8,266 bases of DNA, taken from the NCBI GenBank assembly GCA_905178155.1, contig CAJINV010000097.1:1-8266 (forward strand), written 5' to 3'. Source of the DNA: Amoebophrya sp. A120. Its lineage: Eukaryota; Protista; Dinoflagellata. Numbering within the stretch: the stretch's first letter is position 1; each line of letters opens with the position of its first letter. This document shows positions 1 through 8,059 of this stretch, piece after piece. Made by a program: the position numbers and the translations under genes. The notes beneath the pieces were generated by a model, which ran no database searches, had not been told where the DNA came from, and saw only the letters and a program-made list of their open reading frames with translations.

Positions 1-385
1 GTAGAAGATTGAAGAAAAAAATTGTGTCGTGTGCTCTAGAAGGTGCTTGGCGTGAGAAAAGACCAGAGTCGAAGATCATTCTGTCAAGAAGTAGAGAAAT
101 CGAGGATCCCAACATTGGCAGACGAAGCGTCGAAGCAGGCGATAATAGTTTTGAATCAGATGATCAGATCTGCCTCTGCGAGGATCCTGTTGAGCTGCCT
201 TCTGATTTTCATTTTTATCATGTTCTATTGAAGTCTGCGCATCATGATTACAGGAAGAAGCGAGTTTCGTAGGAAAAAGACGACACGGCCTTGTATTAAA
301 TGACTTCGTTAGCCGCGACAACAGCACAAGCCTGTGAGTATTAGCATTAGGCAGGGACACGATTTTTTTTTCTCGTTGCAAGGAC

Positions 386-1780
386 ATGAACATATGCGAA
401 ACAATACAAGAACGTACAAACTTTAAGCAAAAAGCGACTTCGTCAAACGAGATGATGAAACAACAAATGCAATCGAGAGGACAAGACCTTCTCTTCCGGC
501 AAGATGGCCGGCTCCCAACCGAGTTGCGGCCCCCGATCATCAACCGGTCGAAAACCGGGTCTTGCACCTACAAACTGGGCGGCACTTTGGTTGTCGCGAA
601 ATGTTTTGGGCCAAAGGAGAAATCAAGATTCGCCTCGCACGGTACAAGCTCCGCGCAGAACTGTCTCTTACCGGCGAAATACACGAGCTCGACTACGGTC
701 AAGGTGCTTTCATCGTCGCACGCAGCAGGATCGGGTTCTTCAAATGAGCAGAGTTCTTTGACAAATTCGACGAACTGCTCCCTGAAACTGAATTTCGAAA
801 TCACAAAATCGGCTGTAGGCTCAAGCGAAGGAGCACTCGCACAGCGGAACAAGTTCCAGGAGTATGCGCAATGGCTGTCCATGGTGTTTTCGAAAGTGGT
901 GGTCGGTGTCCTAGGCGAGAGCAAGAGCTGCGCGGGAGCATCTGCATCTACCGGAGCAGGAAGTGCAGGCGGCGCTGGAATATCGGCGGGCGGTGGAAGT
1001 AGAAGTAACGCGTCTACTGCTGGTTCTTCTTCCCATGCGGTCCAGCTGCTGAACAACGGGAACAGCAATCTGCTGAACCTGGACATTTCCCTGCACGTTT
1101 TCGAATTTGACGGGAGTTTGCTCCCCGCGTGCATCAACGCAACTTCGGTGGCGCTCGCGGACTTGCAGACGATCGAAATAAAAGAGCTGGTCGCTGGTGT
1201 AAATTTGGGATTAGTTTCCGAAAGGGACAATTTACTGGTGCGCACCGATTTCTGCGACAAGAGGATAGTCCTCAGTAGTGCTAGCAGGGGGAATAGTTCT
1301 ACTACTTCCGCAACAGCTGCAAAGAGGAGGAAACTCAACGACGACACAATCTTGAATGACAGCGAGGAACAAGAAGTACAAGATGCGGAGGAGGAGGAGG
1401 AAGAGACAGAGGACCAAGATGAAAACTCTACTTCCAACTCTGACAGTCTCGTCAAAAATAGACCGGGGCAATCGACAAGTACAAGTTCGAATTTGTCATG
1501 CGCAGCAGCAGCAGCAGCCGGAAAAGCTACGACTACTGGAGGTCTTGTCACCGTGGTTGATATGACAGAGGAGGAGGAATCTTGGAACCAGTCCGTGACC
1601 ACCGTGGCGACTAATTTGAAAGACGAAATTCTGCTTCTACACTGCGGCCGGGTCAGGGAGGAGAAGCTGCTGCGGCAGTTTGTCGAGCTCGGCCAGGAGG
1701 GGTGTGGGAAAATTCGGGCGGTCATGCGAGAGGCATTATTGAATGAGGAGGTGGGGCAGGAAGATGTTGTTGAGGAGTAA
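386..1780 (+). CDS. RRP41: Exosome complex RNase PH-like core subunit, most similar to RRP41/EXOSC4; intronless, with long low-complexity insertions
   Basis: 464-aa ORF with RNase PH signatures in the expected order: RQDGRLPTELRP, GSCTYKLGGTLVVAKCFGPKE, LDISLHVFEFDGSLLPACINATSVALAD, VVDMTEEEE and a C-terminal helix GCGKIRAVMREALL. RRP41 versus RRP46/MTR3 was judged by eye. The true start could be the ATG at 452. Confidence 0.85.
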   Translation: MNICETIQERTNFKQKATSSNEMMKQQMQSRGQDLLFRQDGRLPTELRPPIINRSKTGSCTYKLGGTLVVAKCFGPKEKSRFASHGTSSAQNCLLPAKYTSSTTVKVLSSSHAAGSGSSNEQSSLTNSTNCSLKLNFEITKSAVGSSEGALAQRNKFQEYAQWLSMVFSKVVVGVLGESKSCAGASASTGAGSAGGAGISAGGGSRSNASTAGSSSHAVQLLNNGNSNLLNLDISLHVFEFDGSLLPACINATSVALADLQTIEIKELVAGVNLGLVSERDNLLVRTDFCDKRIVLSSASRGNSSTTSATAAKRRKLNDDTILNDSEEQEVQDAEEEEEETEDQDENSTSNSDSLVKNRPGQSTSTSSNLSCAAAAAAGKATTTGGLVTVVDMTEEEESWNQSVTTVATNLKDEILLLHCGRVREEKLLRQFVELGQEGCGKIRAVMREALLNEEVGQEDVVEE

Positions 1781-3250
1781 ATTCAGTTTTACACTGATGG
1801 ACGTTTACACTGCGTACTATCTTCTGGGTGCCATTTTAACACTCGCGTCGAAGCGACAACTTTAGTACCACCTGCGCGAATGTAGCATTCTTGTTGCCCC
1901 GGTGATCTCCTGCAAAGATTGAAGCGCTAGTGCAGCTGCTGCTGTGTCTACTTCAAATTCATTGAATTGCGACCTGTAGTCCGCGAAGATCTTCATAGAT
2001 AATGTTCACAGCAAGCTGTGCTCAAATCGGAATCACTCAACAACCTGAAGTGTTGCTTATGGGACCACTGTGGCAAGTGTCGCTTGGTCGTGCTGTGCAC
2101 GAACTTGTGCTGGAAATGACGAGCAGGAGAACTGCTGGTGTTCTACTACGTTGGTACTACAACTTGCTCCACCGAGTACGTTCAGTTTCTAGAAAACGAC
2201 CAGGACCATCCGCTCGTGCGAAGAAGTCCAAGACCTGGAATTATTGCAATTGGACTATCGTCGTGCGTCGCTAGCTACTTGTTGCGTCTGCAGTTGCAGT
2301 CGAGATGTGTAGAAATAGGAATTTCAAGACGTAGAAGTAGAAGCACTACTGGGCAGGAGAAAGCGAAGCAAACGAAAGATGATCAGATCAGCAACTTGTA
2401 GAACGGTAGGAGCTCGTAAAGAAAAAGAACGCAAAAGAATCTGGAGCATGACAACTGCAAGCGTCTACTGCGTCTGAGCGAGTAAGTAAGTAGAGGACCT
2501 GCATTGAAAAAACAGCTGTTTTTGATTCTAAGTACTAGGCTACACCTTCACCTACACCCCGCGTGCGAGAAGTACCATGATCTTCCGAAAACAAGAACTT
2601 CTAGCGATCTGTACTACAGCCAGCATTTGGCGAACTTGTAATAAGGAACTCATGTTGCAGTCGAATTTTTATAAAAAAATATGGCTTTGAATTTATCATG
2701 AGCGGACTGCGACTAAAATTTTTTTTTGGGTCCTCTTTGTTGTGCTTTTGTCTACCGAGGAATCCTCGCGAGGACTGCAAGAACATTTATCGATCTGACT
2801 TGCGCGATTTATGCATGGAGTGTTGAAGTTTTAGTCATGATGCACTTTTAGTTTTACCGACCACACGGCCGCGCATTGTTTGTGCAAGCAGGGGTGCGAT
2901 GAACTAGGACAAACCCTAACCCTTTCAACAACAAACGCCGGCGCACTTTTCAAAAGTTCCCGTTCACCTGATGATCGAATGTTATTGTCCACAGTTGTAG
3001 TCAAATCAAGTATTGAAATTTCGAGCCACTTTTGTATAAACACAATGTACAACTTCGCTAATAATATCACTAAAGCTGTAGACGAAACATCAACAAGAGC
3101 TCGGATTTAGCAGATTGACAAAATGTAGTAGAAAAATTCAGTTTACTACCAACAAATTTTATAGTTACACTCAGTCTTGGTCGTTTCTTTTGTGAAACGG
3201 AAAATGAAGAGAAACTGGTACATCAGCAAAAAATTGTAACTCTCTGCCGC

Positions 3251-3268
3251 CTGATTACCATCTCGCAG
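3251..3268 (+). promoter_or_regulatory. Possible canonical 3' splice or trans-splice acceptor upstream of the ATG at 3278
   Basis: CTGAT (branch-like), then pyrimidine-rich TACCATCTCG, then CAG ending 10 nt before the ATG. A short motif that could occur by chance. Confidence 0.25.
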
Positions 3269-3277
3269 CCATCGAAG

Positions 3278-6200
3278 ATGGCCCGTGGCCGCAGCGACAG
3301 TCGAGGGCGAAGCGGTGACCAAAATCAGCGACATATCCTGTGTAAAAACGTGTCCATAGAGTCCTCACGATGGTGAATATTATGACAGTGAACTACAACT
3401 CCCCCGCCTCCCCCTCATTCGTATGGCATGAACAGCAACACACGCAACGGCAGATATGTGGCTTCCGCATGACAAATCTGTACACGGATGGTAGTGCTGT
3501 AGTTTGATAAGGTTTCAAAATTTGGCATGCAGATAGTGCCTAAATAAGGCAAGATATGGATTTGGTATTTCTGTTTTTCATTTACAAATGAGGGCGGGGG
3601 GACCAGTTGTGCAGCACTCTCATAATGGGAATTTTGCATACACAAATAACCAACAAGGTTTGGCTGATGTTCTTGCGCGTTTGCGGATTTGCATGACAAA
3701 GCTGGGCCGATGGAGACGTTTTTGCACCACATGATACGACAAACCAGACGACACCGCGACAACAGCCGAACCCGGAAAAATATCGCGTGTAAGAGCATTT
3801 TTGCACAACAACTCGTAATAATTGCAGTTTATGCATGCGAAAGCTGGTTGCATAGACAATTTAGCATGGAAAATTGCATTTGTCATGCTGACCAAATTTG
3901 TAAATGCAATTACTACTTCTACGTAGCAGTACGATGCATATTTTCCACTTCATAAGAAATAACCGGGGCCGAGACCGCAGGCGAGACACGAGCCGGTCGC
4001 GAAGCGGCGGGCGGCACCAAAACAAGAGAAATAACAGAGACCAGCAACAGCAGAGCAACAACCGGTCGCGCTCTCCGTCGCCACCGCGGACGCCGCGCGC
4101 CCCGCCGACGGATTTACAGCAGTATGAAAAGGACCAGGAGAAGAAGGGGTGGCTGACCTGGTATCAAAAGGAGAAATCCCCCCTCCCCATATCAAAACGG
4201 AAATTTGTGATGCTGATTTGTGGTCACAAATCCGAGCTGTCTTGCTGGAGAGCACTGCAGGCCCAGACCAAGCGCGAGTAGAGAGGTTTTGGCCTAGGCA
4301 CTTAGCATGATAAACATCCGCGCTGTAGGCCCAACAGCATGACAAACCACCTGCATCATGCGGCGGAGCCTGTGGAGTTGCCTTCTTGCAAGACAGGCAC
4401 GATTTGTGGCCACAAATCAGCATGACAAATTTCCAAAAGTATACCGTTTCAGTATGGGGAGGGGGATTTTTCCTCTCAATACCTGGTTCGGCAGGAATAC
4501 GCGCGACCGGGAGCGGAATCGAATAAAGCCGGTATCAAATGTAAAAGTGCCTGGGTCTGGAAAGTTGGAACTTGTGATGCTATCTTTGGACTCTAAAAAA
4601 AATTGCATTGCATGACCAGCAAGAGGAACCACATTTGTGCTACGCGAGGAGGGCATTTGTCATGCGGAAATGGCATCAGGGAGCTTTCCAAAAATCTGTG
4701 ATGCTGGGTCATGCATTACAAGCAGCATCGGTCGTGCCAGACAAGCATGACAAGCCTTCCACTCTTCCAGACCCAGACATTTTTACATTTGATAGCCGGA
4801 GTGGCAATACCACGAGGAGACGGAGCTGTTCTATTTCATCCCGAAAAACCTCTACTTCAAGCTCGAGCCGGTCAACGACAAGCAAATTGCGACCGCGAAA
4901 CTCCACTTGAAACACGGGGGCGGGGGTATGGTCAGCGCGACAAAGTCCGTGCAGTGGAAGATTTTGCGGCCCGACGAAAATTTGGAAGACTGGGGCGACG
5001 AGAAAATGATCAAGTTGCAGAAAGCGGAAGAGATGCGCAACGCGCTGAAGACCGCGGAGTTTCACTCGTTCGACGAACGAAATGTGATGTCGGCCGCAGC
5101 CAGCACCAGCAGCAATATCCAACAAGTAGGTCTAGGTGCCCATACCGGAACTTCAACTTCGCAACACGCTGGAGCCAGCTCGTCTACCACCGCGGGGGGC
5201 GGTGCGCTATCAACTGTAAAAGTGTCTGGGTCTGGAAGATTCTGACACTTGTCATGCACGTTTTGCATGAGCCCTGACGTCTGTGATGCATGCCCTAGCA
5301 TCACAGACTTTTTGAGAGCTCCTTGATGCCTATTCCGCATGACAAATGCCCTCTCCGCGTAGCAAAAATTGCATTCCCTTTGCTGCTCATGCAATACAGA
5401 TTTTTTTGGAATCCAAATTCAGCATCACAAGTTGCATTCTTCCAGACCCAGACATTTTTACATTTGATATGCGCAAAGTCGGAGCAATTTGCGGTCCAAC
5501 AGCTTCGGTCCAGAGGATAACAACAGCAACTCCAAGATGATTCCAGATCCCTTTACAAAAATATGCCGGCAAGACACCGGAAACAGCGAAAAGAACAACG
5601 ACGGCGGGAATAACAATGTCACGAAAAACACCTCGAAACATAACCTCGGCGAGCATGGGTTAGCGACCAGTGCGCCAAGCGACAATCAAATGTTGGCCTC
5701 CTCCAAAAGCGGCAACCACCAACACCAACCCGACAGCATGTCCACGACTGCCTCCACCTCGACGTCAGCCTCCGGCGTGAAGTATGAAGAGGGGATCGTG
5801 CTGCAGTGGCACGAAGACCGGGGGTTCGGTATCAAAATGAAAAATCCCCTCTCCCCATATCGAACAGGAAAGTTGTGATGCTGGATTTGCGTACACAAAT
5901 CGGATTTGTCTTGCTGGAGAGGACTGCAGGCACATCTCACGCCCGAGTACAGAGGTTTTGGCCTAGGCGCTTAGCATGAGAAACGTCTGCGCTGTATGCC
6001 CAACAGCATCGCAAACCGCCTGCATAATACGGCGAAGCCTGTGGAATTGCCTTCTTGCAAGACAGACATGATTTGTGGTCGCAAATCAGCATTGCAAATC
6101 TTCTGCGACATACCTTTTCGATATGGGGAGGGGGGATTTTTCCCCGCGATATTCGGCTTCATTTCCCACTCTACCATGACCCCCGCCACCCCCACCTCCC

Positions 6201-8030
6201 CGGCGTCGCAGCAAACCCAGACGCTGTTCGTGTATCGCAAGAAAAAACTGTTTCACTGTGAACCTGTGATGCAGAGAACGAAACACCAACGCGTTTGTCT
6301 TGCTACACCTGCAACACAATGGATTTTTAGGCGTGTTTTCCATTGGAAAACGCGCATCACAGATTTTCTGTGTCATGTGTAGCAAATTTGTGATGCAGAT
6401 CTAGCAAAACCGTCAACAGTGAAACAGTTTTTTCCTGGGATATCGTGCACCGGAGAAATATTGTAGGAAGCACGTCGCAGCGCCCCATCAACTTGCCGGT
6501 GAACATCAAGGTTATTTTCACAATCGGAGAAGATAGCTCGAGTACAACGCAAGCGGCAAAAGACAGCTCGACAGCAAGTGGAGGTAACACCGCGGCTTCA
6601 GGAGCTGGTTTAAATAAGGACGATAAATCACTGGTGGCGCTGCAGGTCCAGATGATCGACCCGAAGACAAATAAACCAGCCTTGGTGCATATGAACAGCA
6701 GAAGTATCCTACTCGTATACTAATGCATTACAAATTTCCTCAGCATGGGGAATAAAATTTGTGATGCGGATCTACATTGAGAAAAAGATTTGTATATGCG
6801 TGACTGCAATACGAGTGCGATATCGTTTTGCACAGGATAGTGCACTCCGCGGACTACCATGCGAAAATCGAGCACAACCGGTATCGTCAGGAAAAATCCG
6901 CCCTCCCCATATCGGACTGGAAGTTTGTGATGCTGGATTTCCGTACACAAAGCAGTTTGTGTTGCTAGAATGGCAAGAGCCGCAGTTGCGGCCTTAATTG
7001 CAGGCATATATTGTGATGCTGTTTCCCACTTCCAGTTGCCTCCTGTCATGCGGAACATGCAAAAAGGCCTTCTCACGTCAGCCAGCACGACAGTCCGCAT
7101 CTTTTGTCTTCTAGCATGGCAGCATGATTCGCGGTCACAAATCAGCATCAGAAATTTCTAGCTTGAGTATGGGGTTCGGGGTTTTTCCGTTTGATAGCCG
7201 GCTGCGCATGCACGTCACGCTGGAGTCCCTGCAGTTGAGGTCCTGGTGCGAGTCCTGGCCCGGGAAGAAGCAGCACCTGCAGGACCGGTTATCAAATGCA
7301 AATATGTCTGGGTCTGGAAGGATGCAACTTGTAATGCTGTCTGCGGATTCTAAAAATACCTGTGTTGCATGAGCAGCAAAAGGAGTCAGTTCTTGGCACG
7401 CGGAGAGGGCATTTCTCATGCGTAATCAGCATCAAGTAGCTCTCAAAAAATCAGTGATGCTAGCACCAGCATCACAGACCTCATGGGTGAAGCAACATGG
7501 GCATGACAAGCCCCGACGCTTCCAGGCCCAGACATATTTGCATTTGATACCGGTTCTGCCTGAACCAGGCTTTGGAGGACATCGGCATGTTTTTCGGCGT
7601 TTTCGACGGACACGGTGGGGTGCAGGTGGCGGATTTGGTTTCCGATCGGCTGTTATCAAATGCAAAGATGTCTGGGTCTGGAACAGTGGTTGAACTTGTG
7701 ATGCGTGTCTTGCATTCCTGGAAAATCTGTGTTGCATGAGCAGCAAAAGAGGAGCTTGCTTTGTCATGCAAAAACGCAATTTGTGATGCGTGGTAGGCAT
7801 CAGCAGGCGCCTCTAAAAACTTGTCATGCCTGGCTGCCATTGCAAGCGCTTCAATCATGCTCAATTTAGCATCACAGATTTCCAGACTCAGACATTTTTG
7901 CATTTGATAGCTGTGGAAGCACCTTCTGTCGCACTACAAACAACGCACCGTGCTAGCGGCGTCCCGCGACGAGAAGTTGCTGCAGAGCCACATCGCAGCC
8001 TACTTGCAGTGCGACGCCGAAATCTGCGAA
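3278..8030 (+). CDS. Spliced multidomain protein, 3' partial: RS-rich region + OCRE-like repeat + cold-shock domain + PP2C/PPM phosphatase
   Basis: Exons, keeping the left repeat copy: 3278-3333, 3742-3780, 3960-4161, 4487-4532, 4800-5207, 5475-5829, 6157-6232, 6448-6689, 6845-6881, 7202-7289, 7555-7653, 7915-8030. Total 1764 nt = 588 codons with no stop. Translation: MARGRSDSRGRSGDQNQRQTRRHRDNSRTRKNNRGRD...KKGWLTWFGRNTRDRERNRIKPEWQYHEETELFYFIPKNLYF...EGIVLQWHEDRGFGFISH...QTLFVHRRNIVG...SWPGKKQHLQDRFCLNQALEDIGMFFGVFDGHGGVQVADLVSDRLWKHLL...AAYLQCDAEICE. Junctions can slide within the 5-bp repeats. Confidence 0.88.
3334..3736. mobile_element. Introner A (403 bp, contains a nested element)
   Basis: Direct repeat CGACA at 3329-3333 and 3737-3741. 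TIRs: TATCCTGTGTAAAAACGTGTCCAT versus right-end reverse complement TATCATGTGGTGCAAAAACGTCTCCAT. Confidence 0.85.
3381..3624. mobile_element. Nested TIR element inside introner A (244 bp)
   Basis: Ends are TATGACAGTG..ACAACT..CCCTCATTCGTA versus reverse complement TATGAGAGTG..ACAACT..CCCTCATTTGTA, with TAT...ATA termini. No intact 5-bp direct repeat (AATAT vs ATGGG). Confidence 0.6.
3781..3954. mobile_element. Introner B (174 bp, degenerate TIR)
   Basis: TAT...ATA ends. Repeats AAAAA (3776-3780) and AGAAA (3955-3959) differ by one base. Removal restores the frame. Contains TTGTCATGC. Confidence 0.7.
4162..4481 (+). mobile_element. Introner C (320 bp, family 1; strand is relative)
   Basis: Direct repeat CCTGG at 4157-4161 and 4482-4486. 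Subterminal IR AAATCCCCCCTCCCCATA / TATGGGGAGGGGGATTT. Colinear with element F. Confidence 0.92.
4533..4794 (+). mobile_element. Introner D (262 bp, family 2; strand is relative)
   Basis: Direct repeat GCCGG at 4528-4532 and 4795-4799. TIR of about 30 bp: TATCAAATGTAAAAGTGCCTGGGTCTGGAA / TTCCAGACCCAGACATTTTTACATTTGATA. Confidence 0.95.
5208..5469 (-). mobile_element. Introner E (262 bp, family 2, inverted relative to D/J/K)
   Basis: Direct repeat TGCGC at 5203-5207 and 5470-5474. Same TIR as D. Its reverse complement aligns with D along the whole length. Confidence 0.95.
5830..6151 (+). mobile_element. Introner F (322 bp, family 1)
   Basis: Direct repeat TTCGG at 5825-5829 and 6152-6156. 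Interrupts the CSD RNP1 motif GFG|FI. Interior closely similar to C, e.g. AGAGGTTTTGGCCTAGGC-CTTAGCATGA. Confidence 0.95.
6233..6442. mobile_element. Introner G (210 bp, family 3)
   Basis: Direct repeat TCGTG at 6228-6232 and 6443-6447. 27-bp TIR TATCGCAAGAAAAAACTGTTTCACTGT versus TATCCCAGGAAAAAACTGTTTCACTGT (25/27). Interrupts RNP2 LFV|H. Confidence 0.95.
6690..6839. mobile_element. Introner H (150 bp, imperfect TIR; one end resembles the outer end of A)
   Basis: Direct repeat GTGCA at 6685-6689 and 6840-6844. TAT...ATA ends. Inner IR ACTCGTAT/ATACGAGT. The right end read inward, TATCCTGTGCAAAACG, resembles the left end of A. Confidence 0.85.
6882..7196 (+). mobile_element. Introner I (315 bp, diverged family 1)
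   Basis: Repeats ACCGG (6877-6881) and GCCGG (7197-7201) differ by one base. The end GAAAAATCCGCCCTCCCCATATC matches C/F. Removal restores the frame. Confidence 0.88.
7290..7549 (+). mobile_element. Introner J (260 bp, family 2)
   Basis: Direct repeat CCGGT at 7285-7289 and 7550-7554. TIR TATCAAATGCAAATATGTCTGGGTCTGGAAG. Interrupts PP2C motif 1 QDR|F. Confidence 0.95.
7654..7909 (+). mobile_element. Introner K (256 bp, diverged family 2)
   Basis: Direct repeat GCTGT at 7649-7653 and 7910-7914. TIR TATCAAATGCAAAGATGTCTGGGTCTGGAA / TTCCAGACTCAGACATTTTTGCATTTGATA. Confidence 0.93.
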
Positions 8031-8059
8031 GTAAACTATTGCTGTCACTGTCACATTAC

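Larger units (their letters stand above)
5786..6657 (+). other. Cold-shock (CSD/OB-fold) domain coding region, split by introners F and G
   Basis: Spliced sequence GIVLQWHEDRGFGFI (RNP1), LFVHRRNI (RNP2), KVIFTI and ALQV. Both RNP motifs are complete only after the inserts are removed. Confidence 0.85.
7229..8030 (+). other. PP2C/PPM phosphatase domain, N-terminal part, split by introners J and K
   Basis: Spliced SWPGKKQHLQDRF (motif 1, like G-R--MED), FFGVFDGHGG (motif 2), then VADLVSDRLWKHL and AAYLQCDAEI. The later motifs (GST/GD/DG) are not visible in the window. Confidence 0.85.

Noticed and set aside
9-272. ORFs 9-272 and 43-231 at the window start
   Set aside because: Non-ATG starts and no recognisable similarity. 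They cannot be told apart from UTR or intergenic sequence.
334-382. Possible 49-nt GT-AG intron in the RRP41 5' UTR (GTGAGT...T-tract...CAAG)
   Set aside because: Plausible, but it cannot be supported without transcripts. The T-tract and AG could equally be a trans-splice acceptor or chance.
568-1725. 385-aa ORF on the minus strand
   Set aside because: Antisense shadow of the RRP41 CDS, with no recognisable motif.
1781-3277. Short ORFs in the spacer (2002-2274, 2138-2401, 2831-3070, 2880-3110) and a possible dinoflagellate spliced-leader relic (GCCATTTT near 1830)
   Set aside because: The ORFs are short, several have non-ATG starts and none shows a domain. The leader match is only 8 nt.
4358-7903. 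Short ORFs with recurring peptides (PDPDIFTFD, MSGSGR, MLICGHKS, QKSVMLGHA) suggesting a paralogous protein family
   Set aside because: They are translations of the repeated non-coding introner sequence in different frames and strands.
3334-7909. CRISPR array or integron attC-type cassette array
   Set aside because: The repeats are 150-400 bp, belong to several families and carry TIRs and target duplications. The sequences between them join into one eukaryotic ORF. No cas or integrase gene is present.
3334-7909. Ciliate IESs
   Set aside because: There are no TA-only boundaries of the Paramecium type, and both genes read in the standard code with CAA/CAG glutamines and a TAA stop. DNA-level excision cannot be fully excluded from sequence alone.
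3278-8030. Pseudogene destroyed by MITE insertions
   Set aside because: The exons contain no stops or frameshifts and keep their motifs, while the elements have clearly diverged from each other. This points to continued selection on the protein.
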